Shown piece after piece: positions 9,967-19,570 of a stretch of 64,000 nucleotides of DNA (its first letter is position 1; the number at the start of each line of letters is the position of its first letter). The stretch spans positions 1,472,001 to 1,536,000 of the forward strand of contig CAVYRF010000001.1 of assembly GCA_963770895.1 (NCBI GenBank). Reading direction: 5' to 3'. The notes below the pieces were generated by a model, which saw only the letters and a program-made list of their open reading frames with translations, was not told the origin of the DNA and did no database searches. The DNA comes from an uncultured Acidobacteriota bacterium (GTDB taxonomy: Bacteria; Acidobacteriota; Thermoanaerobaculia; Multivoradales; UBA5704). The translations under genes and the position numbers were made by a program.

Positions 9967-10125
9967 TCAGCAGGTGGCGCAAGCCGTATTGAAGCACCGG
10001 ACCGCACCGCTTGAACACGCGCTGATTGTACCGCCGCCTCCCCACTGCTTGAGGTCTGCAGGCTCAACGGTCTGAAGGTTATACAGGGTCTCGCGGGAAA
10101 GCTTGATGTCCTTCTGCTTGCGCAT
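9967..10125 (-). CDS. RiPP precursor peptide, lanthipeptide-like (52 aa)
   Basis: AAGGAG RBS; leader MRKQKDIKLSRETLYNL..WGG; core GGTISACSSGAVRCFNTACATC with 4 Cys and 6 Ser/Thr. Confidence 0.75.
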   Translation of the reverse strand: MRKQKDIKLSRETLYNLQTVEPADLKQWGGGGTISACSSGAVRCFNTACATC

Positions 10126-10312
10126 GGCGAGGGCTCCTTGCGGCGGTTTTGCCGACGTAAATTGTCCCGAGCACGGATGTGAGCAGATCCATCCGGCCGC
10201 AGGCGGCGGTGGCTGCGCGAGCCGAGGCTCGCGCAGCCACCCCCTCAAAACCGTACAGCCTGGGGCGTGCGAAGTTCTCATCCCGCCAACTTGCGGCGCA
10301 GACAGCGGCCTT

Positions 10313-10651
10313 GTGCCGCGGCAGATGGAAACCGCGGACCCAACGTGGGCCTCCCGCGTCGCTACGCGCCGCAGTCCCCGCCGCCCACCGCGGCCCCCGG
10401 TCCGCCGTTCCCACAGCCGCTTGGAAACCGGCTCCCGGCCCCCCACCACACCCGCCCTCCACCGCCCACCCTCGCCGGTTACCACGACCTTCCACAACCC
10501 CGACAATGGGAGTCATATACACTGAGAAAAAGGACTACAGGAGAAGCCCAAGCCGACCACCTCAACCAACCCTGAGCCTCCGCTCACCGCCTCGCTTCGA
10601 CGGGTGGTCGCCTTCCGTCGGAATGGGTTGTCGCCTTCGCCGGAATTCGCA
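10313..10651 (+). mobile_element. Solo right end of the IS21-family element
   Basis: Near-identical to ~27920-28253, ending GGTGGTCGCCTTCCGTCGGAATGGGTTGTCGCCTTCGCCGGAATTCGCA. Confidence 0.85.
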
Positions 10652-10653
10652 CA

Positions 10654-11100
10654 TCAGGCGATCTGGATCCTGCCCAGGCCAAAGGTGGCGCCCTTACCCA
10701 CGTGGAGCAGCTGTGCGGTGTGTAGAAGCGGCGCGAACGGAGCCAATTCGCCTGTCAGCTCGATTTCGCCGACCAACCCGCCGAGGTTCATCGTGCACTG
10801 CTGGCGGTTGCTGTAACGTTGCCAGTCGCGCCAGTGCAGGTTGGTGGCGTTTCCCGCACCGCACTCGCAGCGTCGAGGAGCGGGCGGAGGCTCCAGTCAA
10901 TCGCCGCAGCGGGGACGTGGAAATGCGCCAGCTCGAAGGTGCGGCGCAGCATCGCGAACGCCAGCCCGCGGAATCCGAGGCTTGTCACCCAGTGGTCGCG
11001 CACCTTGAGCCGCGTCGGCGTGACGAAACGGACGCGCACGCGGGCCGCGCCGGCCGTGGCACCGTCTGCGACAATCGAGCCTGCGGCGCCTCCCAAGGCG
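10654..11100 (-). pseudogene. cas6: Second cas6 remnant (C-terminal half, frameshift near 10850)
   Basis: VRFVTPTRLKV..AMLRR, then LHWRDWQRYSNRQQCTMNLGGLVG..LHVGKGATFGLGRIQIA* in another frame. Confidence 0.85.
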
Positions 11101-11116
11101 GCTGGCAAACGCGGTT

Positions 11117-11374
11117 TCAGTTGGTACAGAAGGTGCCGCGGAGGCACGTGCACGTGATCAACATCTTGAAGTGCTGGCCTCCATCTTCCGTGCAGGTGCC
11201 TACCATGGTTTCGCTGACGATACTGCAAGCGGGTGGTCGGTTACACTCCGCGATCACAGTGTTACAGGCTGGGAGGGTGCAAGCGGCGGCTCTTGCGGAG
11301 CTGGGGCGTTGGGCCAGGATGCAGAAGGTCAGGGCGGCGACGAGGCAGGCGAAGCGGAGGGTGGTCTTGCTCAT
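11117..11374 (-). CDS. Small secreted cysteine-rich protein (85 aa)
   Basis: GGAGG RBS; signal-peptide-like N-terminus ending ARA; 8 Cys in the ~56-aa mature part. Confidence 0.7.
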   Translation of the reverse strand: MSKTTLRFACLVAALTFCILAQRPSSARAAACTLPACNTVIAECNRPPACSIVSETMVGTCTEDGGQHFKMLITCTCLRGTFCTN

Positions 11375-11502
11375 GTCTTGGCCTCCAGAGGTGGACAGGT
11401 CTAGGTATCAGTCTCGAAGATAAGCCGCATCTTCACGAATACACAGTGCTGCGGATCAACCTGCGCGAGACAACCTGCTGGGGCAGGCTCGGCGGCGTCT
11501 CC

Positions 11503-12090
11503 TCATCTCTCGGCGCCAGCGCTTTGACTCTTGGGAATCGCCGGCGGCGGCACGGCGCCGCCAGTTGCGACGCACAGCCCGTTCATCAGGAGCTGCCAGA
11601 CGTTGTCGAACGCCGCATCGATGGTCGGGTCGCCCCACTCGGCGGCGTGGGCGGGATGGTGGAACCGCGACATGGCGAGCAGCACCGCGCAGCCGGTGGC
11701 CGCCGGATCGACGGCGCGCATCGTGCCTTCCTGCACCCCGGAGTCGAAGATCATCGCGGCAAGGCCCACCAGCTCGTCGACGTGGGCGGCGACGACCGAC
11801 TGGGAGTCGGCTGCCAGCGTCCGATAGGTGGCGAAGAGCTCCGGGTCCTCGGCGCAGCGGCGGCGTTTGACCTCGGTCAGTGCGTCGAGGATCTACCGTA
11901 GCCGCCGCGGCGCCGGGGCTGGAAGGGCGCTGCGGACCGCAGCGGCGGCATGGTCGCCTCCAGCCACCTGCCGACGACCAGGTCCCGCAGCTCGGCCTTG
12001 GTCGCCACGTGCCGATAGACGGCCGTGTGGCTCACCGCCAGCGCCCGCGCCACGGTCGCCTTCGCCGGACCAAACCGGCGGATGACCTCC
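11503..12090 (-). pseudogene. TetR-family regulator, disrupted
   Basis: HTH remnant VSHTAVYRHVATKAELRDLV; C-terminal DPELFATY..SRFHHPAHAAEW in another frame. Confidence 0.65.
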
Positions 12091-12129
12091 GCCGCCGTTC
12101 ACGCGAAGGTCTCTTGGGGCGTGTGTTCG

Positions 12130-13195
12130 CTAGGCGGCCGAGACTTGGGCCTGAGCGTTGCTGTCCTGGCTTTGCTCTGCAGCGGCGGGGGCTGGAGAGG
12201 CAGGGGACTGCGCCACGGTGGATCCAGGAGCCGTGATGTCCGAACTATTCGAGCGAAGAATCAGCTCAAGCTGGCTGGCCCACACGGTAAGCCCGTGTTC
12301 TACATCGACCTCTCCGGTCGAGCGATCGTAGATCGCGGTGACGCCGCGTTCGGCATGATTCAGGATGCGACCGATGGCGACGCGGGAGACCCCCAGGCGA
12401 CCCATGTGGGTTGCGGCGGTGCGACGCAGGTCGTGGGGGCACCAATCGTAGATGCCGGAGTCGTCGCGGAAGCGTTCGATCGCGTTGGAGAGCGAGACGA
12501 TGTGGCGGGAGGTGCGGGGGCTGGCAAAGACCCACGCGCGATCGCCGGTTTTGGGGCGCAAAGCATCGAGGAGGACCAGGGTCGGATCGGCCAGGTACAC
12601 GCGATGGGAGCGCTTGTTCTTGGTGCTGCTGGCAGAGATGGTCCACCAGGAGGAGGAGATTGCCTGCCAGGCCATGGTGAGAACTTCCATTTCACGCTGG
12701 CCGGTGAGGAGAAGCATCTTGAGAGCGGCCGCGGAGATGGATCCTTCTTGGCTCCAGACCGCCCAGAGCTGGCGAATCTCATCTTCGCTGAGGACGCGGT
12801 CGCGGGTCTGCTCGGGTGAGGGGGCGGGGACACCCGCGACCGGGTTGAATTCGACGAGTTCGCGGGTCAGGGCGAAGTTGAACATCTTGGAGACCAGGGC
12901 GCGGACGCGATTGGCATGAATTGGGGCGCCGCGGGCTACGATGCGATCGAGCATCTGCGTGACGTCACGGCGGCGGATCTCCGTCACGGGGAGTGATTTC
13001 CAGGCGGGCAGGAGATCGCGGTTCAGCATCGCTTCGTCTTCTTTCCAGGTGCGTTTGAGCCGCTTGGAGTGGAGCTCGAGAAAGTCACGCGCGAGGTCGG
13101 CGAAGGTGGCGGCGGTACGGGACTCCCGGCGGTCCTGCTGCGGATCGTTGCCGAGCGCAACTTTGCCCAGCGCGGCCTTTGCGCCGCCGCGGGGC
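12130..13195 (-). pseudogene. Tyrosine integrase lacking its N-terminal arm-binding domain
   Basis: TGQR, HDLRRTAAT, LNH and IYDR catalytic motifs; frame continues upstream (GNDPQQDRR..TFADLARDFLE) and breaks near 13195. Confidence 0.8.
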
Positions 13196-13269
13196 GGCTC
13201 GGCGCCACGGTCATCACCGCCGGTCTGTGGATTTCTCGGTCAAAGAGTAGGCTCTGTTCAACGGCGGCG

Positions 13270-13548
13270 TGGCGGTTCTTCACCGACGACAACCCGGCGG
13301 CCTCGCCGAGCGACTTCACCGCCACGATCGATTGGGGCGACGGTTCGCCGCAGACCGCGGGATCGATCAGCTTCAGCTCCGCCGCGTTCGTCGTGTCGGG
13401 GCAGCACACCTCCATCCCCCCGGCCTGGGCGCCGTGGGCCGCCCTCGCCTGACTGGGCCTCGTCGCCGCCACCGCCGCCGCCGCGAGCCTCCTGCCCGCC
13501 TGGCGCGCCTCCCGCCTCGCGGTCGCCGCGGTGCTGCAATACGGATGA
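13270..13548 (+). pseudogene. Fused scraps: PKD/Ig-like repeat fragment and ABC-permease C-terminus
   Basis: FTDDNP..DFTATIDWGDGS..VVSGQHT, then AASLLPAWRASRLAVAAVLQYG*. Confidence 0.5.
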
Positions 13549-13666
13549 CGCGCCCGCCGGCGGGCTCCGGAAGGGCCTGCGCGCCGCGCGGCGCGCAAAC
13601 GTGAACCGACCTACCGCCCAAGTGGGTACTTGTAAAAAGGGAATTGAGCTCGTACGCTGCCGAGCC

Positions 13667-14152
13667 ATGACCAACGAAGAGCTCTTTGCCGGCACGGCCC
13701 TCCACACCTGGAAGCTCGCCACAGGCCGTCTCGACCAACTCCTCGCCGCGATGAGCGACGACCAGCTGCAGCAGGAGGTGGCGCCCGGCCGCAACCGCAT
13801 CTACTACCTGCTCGGTCACCTGACCGCCGTGCACGATCGGCTCTTCCCCCTGCTCGGCCTGGGGGAGCGCCTGCACCCGGAGCTGGACAAGCCCTTCCTC
13901 GAAGACCCCGACCGCACCCAGCCCGACGCCCACTCCGCCGCCGACCTGCGGAAGGCCTTCGCCGACGTCAACGCCAGGCTGACCGCCGCCATGGAAGCCC
14001 TGCCGGCCGCCGCCTGGCTCCAGAGACACGAGGCCGTCTCGCCCGAGGACTTCGCCAGAGAGCCCCTGCGCAACCGCCTCGCGGTCGTCCTGTCGCGCAC
14101 CTCGCACGCCATGTTCCACGCCGGCCAGATTCGCCTCACCACCCGGAGCTGA
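13667..14152 (+). CDS. DinB family protein
   Basis: EVAPGRNRIYYLLGHLTAVHD..SHAMFHAGQ His pattern. Confidence 0.75.
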   Translation: MTNEELFAGTALHTWKLATGRLDQLLAAMSDDQLQQEVAPGRNRIYYLLGHLTAVHDRLFPLLGLGERLHPELDKPFLEDPDRTQPDAHSAADLRKAFADVNARLTAAMEALPAAAWLQRHEAVSPEDFAREPLRNRLAVVLSRTSHAMFHAGQIRLTTRS

Positions 14153-14419
14153 CCGCAAGGATACCTTCATGAGCGCCGAACGTACTCCTCCCGCCAGGGC
14201 GAACGCGGCGGGCGGCCTAGATCTCAGAGCACCAGCTGCTTGCTTTCAAGCATAGCGAGGATGTCCCCGTTGCCGTTGAACCCCAGTTCCCGGCTGCCGA
14301 CCAATCGGGTCGAGATCGGGAAGCGCAGCTCGTCGTCCTGCGCCGAGAGGCGGTCCAGACGCACATGAATGCCGTCCGCTTCCTGCCAAGCCGCGCCGGT
14401 ACCGCCGCGACACAGAGCC

Positions 14420-14600
14420 GCCGTCTGGGCCAGCCTCGTGCGATTAGCCTTCGCCTCCGCTCGCCAGGAGCGGCTCGGCTCCATCTGCTGAAACCCTTCC
14501 CAGGCTGTGATGGCCGGCGCGGCGAGCGAGAGCCGCTCGAGCGCAAGGGCACGGTTGAACGCGGCCTCGCTCGGCCGAGAATCGAGGTGTAGCGCCCGCG
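14420..14600 (-). pseudogene. TPR-like fragment typical of CHAT-domain proteins
   Basis: EAAFNRALALERLSL..AWEGFQQMEPSRSWRAEA. Confidence 0.5.
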
Positions 14601-15173
14601 CGGCAGGACGTCGATCGTTCCGTGCGGGCTCCATATGCTCCGGGAGCGCCCGGAAATTCCTCATCATGGCTGGTTGGTGCGACTTTTCGAGACCATGAAA
14701 GCCTCGGACCGCATTGGGATGATCGGAGGGCTGCGCGTCCTCGCGAGCGAAGCAAGTGCCCACAGAGCCCATTGACGGCCGACGCCGCCAGTACGCCAGC
14801 TCGCAGGCGAGACCCTGGCTGCGGCAATCTAAGCCGTCGTCACGCCCAGTCGAAAAGCCTCCTCGACCAGTTGCCGGTGCAGCCGCGAGCCCGTTGTTGG
14901 TGGCTGAGTAAACCCGCTGGTATTCGGTGAAGATGGAAGTTCTCAGCCGCTGGGGCAAGGTCGGCGGCAAACCAACGTCGGGGCAGCGGAGCAGGGTCTG
15001 GAAGTGCCCCGAGTTGCCCGCGCGCAGCAGCTGGACTGTCAGCGGGGTCGAGTTCTGATACGCTCTCGGAGCTTCACCCTTCTCACAGTTCGCGCCGAGA
15101 CCTGTCGGCGAGGCCTTCCGGTACTGCCTGCCGGAGGCTCGATGCCGGCCAGGCCGGAAAGGAGAGACCGCGT

Positions 15174-16259
15174 ATGTTGAACCCCATGCAGTCACGGAGA
15201 GTCGATCGTCACCCGGCGCGTTCGCTGGCGCTCGCCACCTTTGCTGCCGCCGGCCTGCTGGCCACCGTGGCCTTTGCCGCGCCACCGCCGGCCGCCGTCG
15301 TATTCGCCGACCTCGGCCAGACTGGGGGCGGCGCGGCGACGCCCGCCAGCCCCCTGCCGGCGGTGCGCTCGTACGTGTCGATCGGTCCCGTGCACGCGCG
15401 GGCGGCGCAGAACGACGGCGCGGGCCGGCTGCTCTCGGCCACGCCTCGGCCGAAGGACGCCGCGTCCGGCCTCTACCTGGTCGATGCCATCGGTGCCACC
15501 TGGGGAAATGGTCAGGCGGATATCAAGGTCTCGGACATCATCGACACCAACGCGGGCGGCACCACCGGCGACCTCAAGATCGCTCTATGGGCCACCTCCG
15601 TGGTGCCCGCCCTCACCAGCGGGACTTTCACCTATTACCAGCTGGCGCTGGCCGACCTCGACGCGGTGATCACGGGCGGCACGGACACCGGCGGCGTGGA
15701 CACCGGCGAGATCGCCTACGCACCGCCCAATGCGCCTGGGTGCTACTACATGTCGGTCGTCCTGATCTCGGGCACCCACCTGGCGGACATCCGCACCTTC
15801 ACCAGGGGCGGCACGGCATCGGCGCCGGAAAGCAACGGTTTCGTGGAATTCCCGCTCAACGAGCCTTCGGGCTCGACCTGTCCCGTGGCCACCTCGTGCT
15901 CACCGACCTCGAGCAGCGGTTGTCTGCTCAGCTCGCGGTTCCAGGTGAGCGCGGCCTACGACAACACGACCACCGGCAGCGGTTCCGCCAGCGTGCTGAG
16001 CTTTACCGGTACGCGCGCCGAGAGCGACGAGTCGGTATTCTTCTACTTCACCGATTCGAGCAACTTCGAGATGGGCGTCAAGGTCCTCGATGCCTGCGCG
16101 ATCAACAACAGCTTCTGGGTTTTCATCGGCGGCCTCACCAACCAGGGATGGGGCGTCGAGGTGGTCGACACCCTGACCGGCAACCACAAGGGGTACCTCA
16201 ACAACAACGGCACCACCACTGTGACCGTGGCCGACACGACGGCGCTACCCTGTCCGTAG
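15174..16259 (+). CDS. Secreted protein with a conserved C-terminal beta domain
   Basis: Signal peptide; C-terminus CLLSSRFQVS..SDESVFFYF..EMGVKVLDACAINNSFWVFIGGLTN..DTTALPCP, which I recognise as a recurrent Acidobacteria C-terminal module. Confidence 0.75.
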   Translation: MLNPMQSRRVDRHPARSLALATFAAAGLLATVAFAAPPPAAVVFADLGQTGGGAATPASPLPAVRSYVSIGPVHARAAQNDGAGRLLSATPRPKDAASGLYLVDAIGATWGNGQADIKVSDIIDTNAGGTTGDLKIALWATSVVPALTSGTFTYYQLALADLDAVITGGTDTGGVDTGEIAYAPPNAPGCYYMSVVLISGTHLADIRTFTRGGTASAPESNGFVEFPLNEPSGSTCPVATSCSPTSSSGCLLSSRFQVSAAYDNTTTGSGSASVLSFTGTRAESDESVFFYFTDSSNFEMGVKVLDACAINNSFWVFIGGLTNQGWGVEVVDTLTGNHKGYLNNNGTTTVTVADTTALPCP

Positions 16260-16522
16260 AAAATCCGTGCCCCAAAGGCCGGTGAGCAGATTGCTGAAAG
16301 GCACCACCTCCGGCACACCCGTACGGGATGGGTACGGGGGGTCCAGGACAGGGCACGAGCCCGCTTTGCCGGTCGGCCGCCGCTGGTCTAACGTGGCCGC
16401 GGCCGGGTCGGCGGCGGGGTGGCCGGCCGCGCTGCCGGCTTGGCGGGTCTTGCCGCATCGTGTACTGCTGGCGGCGACGAATCTGGAGAGGTCTTGGGCA
16501 ATCGAAAGGTCCTTTTGGATCC

Positions 16523-16577
16523 GTGCTGGCAACGCTCGGAAAGTGACCCAGGGCAACGACTGGAAAGTGACTCACCC
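16523..16577 (+). repeat. Orphan IS21-like terminal repeats
   Basis: TG start with two GGAAAGTGAC(C/T)CA units; related inverted units at 34538-34590. Confidence 0.55.
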
Positions 16578-16625
16578 TCAGCGGGTTTGGTCCTTCAAAA
16601 AGAGTCTACATGAGCCGTCGCCGCC

Positions 16626-16732
16626 GGGGCTGTGGGAGGTGTGCTAACCGGCGAGGGCGGTAGGTGGAGGGCGGGTGTGATGGGGGGGCGGGAGCCGGTT
16701 TGCAAGCGACTGTGGAAACGGCGGACCGGGTT
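16626..16732 (-). repeat. Partial inverted copy of the IS21 3' palindromic region
   Basis: Reverse complement is similar to 10395-10500 and 28000-28105. Confidence 0.7.
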
Positions 16733-17082
16733 TTGCGCCGCGCTCGGCAGGCGTTGAGCGCACTACCGGCACGGTGTACGGCAGGAGGAATGGTGGGAAC
16801 GGGGCCGATGTACGTGTGGCGCCCGGTGGTGTACCCTGGGCAAGAAGAAGCCGCGTAGCGCCGAGAGCGACCGGCGCATGCTGCGCGACGTGATCCTGCC
16901 CCACCTGGGCCGGCGCAAGGTCGAGGACTGATCTTGCCCCGGTTCGGCTGACACCTGGTTAGGACTCGTCGTCGTAGGCGCTGTGGGAACTGTGGAAAAC
17001 GTGCAACGTTTTCCAAGGGGCTGCGGAAATCGCGCAGCGATTTCCGCAGAACCGGCAGTTTCCATAGCGCGGCGCGCCCGAC

Positions 17083-17955
17083 CTACGCATCGAGAAGCCT
17101 CTGATTCTCCTCGAAATGGTCCGGGCTCAGATAGCCAAGCGCCGAGTGACGGCGCTTGCGGTTGTAAAAGACCTCAATGTACTCGAACAGCGCCTGCCGA
17201 GCCGAGTCGCGAGTTGGGGGCACCGGTTCACCGGCGAAAAGCTCTGTCTTGAGCGAGCTAAAGAAGCTTTCCGCCGGAGCGTTGTCCCAGCAGTTGCCAC
17301 GGCGACTCATGCTGACGGCAATGCCCCTTACGGCGAGCTCTTGCCGATACGCTCGACTCGAATACTGGCTACCTCGGTCGCTGTGGTGAAGGAGACCCAA
17401 CTTGGGTCGACGCTGCGCCAGCGCTTGCTCCAGCGCGGACAGAGCGAGTTGCTCGGTTAATCGATCGCTGGTCGCCCAGCCGACGATCCGGCGGGAAAAC
17501 AGGTCGAGCAGCACAGCCAGGTAGAGCCAGCCCTCCACGGTCCAAATGTAAGTGATGTCGCCGTTCCAGAAGGCATCGGGCTCGGTGACCTGGAACTTCC
17601 TCTGCAGTTCGTTGGGGGCCACCGGATTGACCGCGCTGGCCTGGGTTGTGGTCTTGAACCGTCGCCTGGCGCGAGCGACGAGATGATCCTGCCGCATCAG
17701 ACGGGCAATCCGATGGCGGCCACAGGCCACGCCGTCGCCCGACAATTCGGCGTGAATGCGCGGACTACCATACCGATGGCGGCTCTGCCGGTACGCCGCC
17801 CGAATCTGAGCCAGTAGAAGGCGATCTTGCCGGATACGCAGGCTCTCCTCTCGCGAGAGCCAACCGTAATATCCACCGCGCGACACACCCAGGGCCTGGC
17901 ACATTCCTGTCGTCCTATGCCGGCCGCTTTGGGCTTGGATGAAGCGGAACTTCAT
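17083..17955 (-). CDS. IS3 transposase OrfB (DDE)
   Basis: YGSPRI, WNGDITYI, HSDRGSQY, GNCWDNAPAESFF, YNRKRRHS. Confidence 0.95.
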   Translation of the reverse strand: MKFRFIQAQSGRHRTTGMCQALGVSRGGYYGWLSREESLRIRQDRLLLAQIRAAYRQSRHRYGSPRIHAELSGDGVACGRHRIARLMRQDHLVARARRRFKTTTQASAVNPVAPNELQRKFQVTEPDAFWNGDITYIWTVEGWLYLAVLLDLFSRRIVGWATSDRLTEQLALSALEQALAQRRPKLGLLHHSDRGSQYSSRAYRQELAVRGIAVSMSRRGNCWDNAPAESFFSSLKTELFAGEPVPPTRDSARQALFEYIEVFYNRKRRHSALGYLSPDHFEENQRLLDA

Positions 17956-18248
17956 CGCGACGGTACCGAGAAGATCGCTACTACTTTTTTCAAGATATCT
18001 CGCTCTTCCTTGACCCGAGCGAGTTCCCGCTGTAACCGGCGAATCTGGTCTTCGTCCGGTTTCAAATTCCCTTTCCCCGGAAACGCCTCCACCGGGTCTT
18101 CCTCCAGCTGACGCTTCCAGCGACGCAGCATGTCAGGCCGAACCTCAAGATCCCGAGCCGCAGCCGCCATGCCGCGCCCCCCCGACGTCACCAACCGAAC
18201 CGCTTCTAACTTGAACTCCCGACTGAACTTCCGTCTTGTCTCTGCCAT
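17952..18248 (-). CDS. IS3 transposase OrfA (HTH) with A6G -1 frameshift signal
   Basis: RRKFSREFKLEAVRLV..ERDILKK; AAAAAAG on the minus strand at 17984-17990. Confidence 0.92.
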   Translation of the reverse strand: MAETRRKFSREFKLEAVRLVTSGGRGMAAAARDLEVRPDMLRRWKRQLEEDPVEAFPGKGNLKPDEDQIRRLQRELARVKEERDILKKVVAIFSVPSR

Positions 18249-19378
18249 TGCGCACACCCTCTCGCCCATTATGCGGGCTTTTCGAGGTGTCCGCTAAACC
18301 GGGGCAAGGCCAGACATCGCCCGCTCGGAGGTCGTCAGGCTGCACCAGAGCCTCTCCGCCACGCCCTACAGCGCCAACCGCGTCCTGGCCCTGCTGTCGA
18401 AGATGTTCAACCTGGCGGAACGCTGGGGGGTGCGAGCGGCGGGCACCAATCCGTGCCGCTTCGTCGACAAGTTCCCGGAAAAGCGCCGCGAGCGCTTCCT
18501 GAAGGGTGCCGAGCTGACCCGTCTCGGCGAAGTGTTCGCCGCGGCCGAGCGTAACGGCGCCGAGCCGCCCGCGGTCATCGCCGTTCTCCGGCTCCTGGTC
18601 CTGACCGGCTGCCGCAAGTCCGAGATCCTGACCCTGCGCTGGGTGGACGTGGACCTTGAGCGCGGCGCGCTGCACCTGCCGGATTCCAAGACCGGCCCGA
18701 AGAGCGTGCCGCTGGGCGCCGCCGCGACGGAGATCCTGGCCAGCCTGGCCCGGGTCGCCGGCAATCCGTACGTCTTTCCCGGCGAGCGTCCGGGCTCGCA
18801 TTGGGTCAACGTCGAGCGCTCCTGGCGCCGCCTCCGCCGCGCCGCCGGATTCCCCGAGCTGAGAATCCATGATCTGCGTCATTCCTACGCGGCGATCGGC
18901 GCCGCCGCCGGCCTGGGCCTGCCGGTGATCGGCCGGATTCTCGGCCACACCCAGGCGAGCACGACGCAGCGCTATACCCACTTCGCCGATGACCCGCTGC
19001 GCGCGGCGGCCGACCGCATCTCGAACGAGATCGCGGCGGCGCTGCGTGCCGGGACCAATGCCGAGGTCCCGCCCGAACCCACGGCTGGCCCGAACGACCA
19101 TCGCGACGCCCGGCGGCCAGCTGAGCGGGTACGGTGATCCGCGCAAGGAACGCGGCGCGCTCCTGGTGGGGCTGACCAGGCTGATGGCGCCGGAAAGGAG
19201 GACCAGAACGAAGAGCTAGGACCGGGGGACTTCGCGCCTCGCAAAGACAGGAGCTGAGTCCCTTCCCACAAGCCTTTGACACAGCGGGGGCGGCACCGTG
19301 CCGCTCCCCGCACCAGACAGACGCCCCCGGCGGAAGAGCCAACTCCCGCCGAGGACTTGCCGAGCACGGAGGAACCCC

Positions 19379-19570
19379 ATGCCCGACCGCCCTCAGTTTA
19401 TCCCGCCCCATCTCCCCTGGAACGAAGCGGACTCCATCTGCGAGACGGCCCTGCTCTACATTGATGACCCCGAGGACAAGGAGTCCATGCGCCGGTTGGG
19501 GCGCCTCATCTTCAACCTGGCAATCGAGACTACCCGGATGCCGTTCGAGGAGTCCTCTACCCATGCCGAG
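19379..19570 (+). pseudogene. Hypothetical protein downstream of the integrase, truncated
   Basis: GGAGG RBS, MPDRPQFIPPHLPW..; joins an apparently unrelated gene fragment near 19570. Confidence 0.4.

Larger units (their letters stand above)
16929..18312 (-). mobile_element. IS3-family insertion sequence, complete (1384 bp)
   Basis: IRs TGATCTTGCCCCGGTTCGGCTGACACC and TGGCCTTGCCCCGGTTTAGCGGACACC; GAC target duplication at 16926-16928 and 18313-18315. Confidence 0.95.
16845..19137 (+). pseudogene. Tyrosine integrase, 5'-truncated and interrupted by IS3
   Basis: KKPRSAESDRRMLRDVILPHLGRRKVED | IS3 | IARSEVVRLH..TGCRKSEI..HDLRHSYA..LGH..TQRY. Confidence 0.85.

Noticed and set aside
12090-12140. 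tRNA or att site next to the integrases
   Set aside because: No tRNA-like sequence or convincing att repeat was recognised beside any of the three tyrosine integrase remnants
12941-13666. N-terminal extension of the DinB ORF to 403 aa
   Set aside because: Arg/Pro-rich non-coding-type translation overlapping other fragments; DinB similarity starts at 13667
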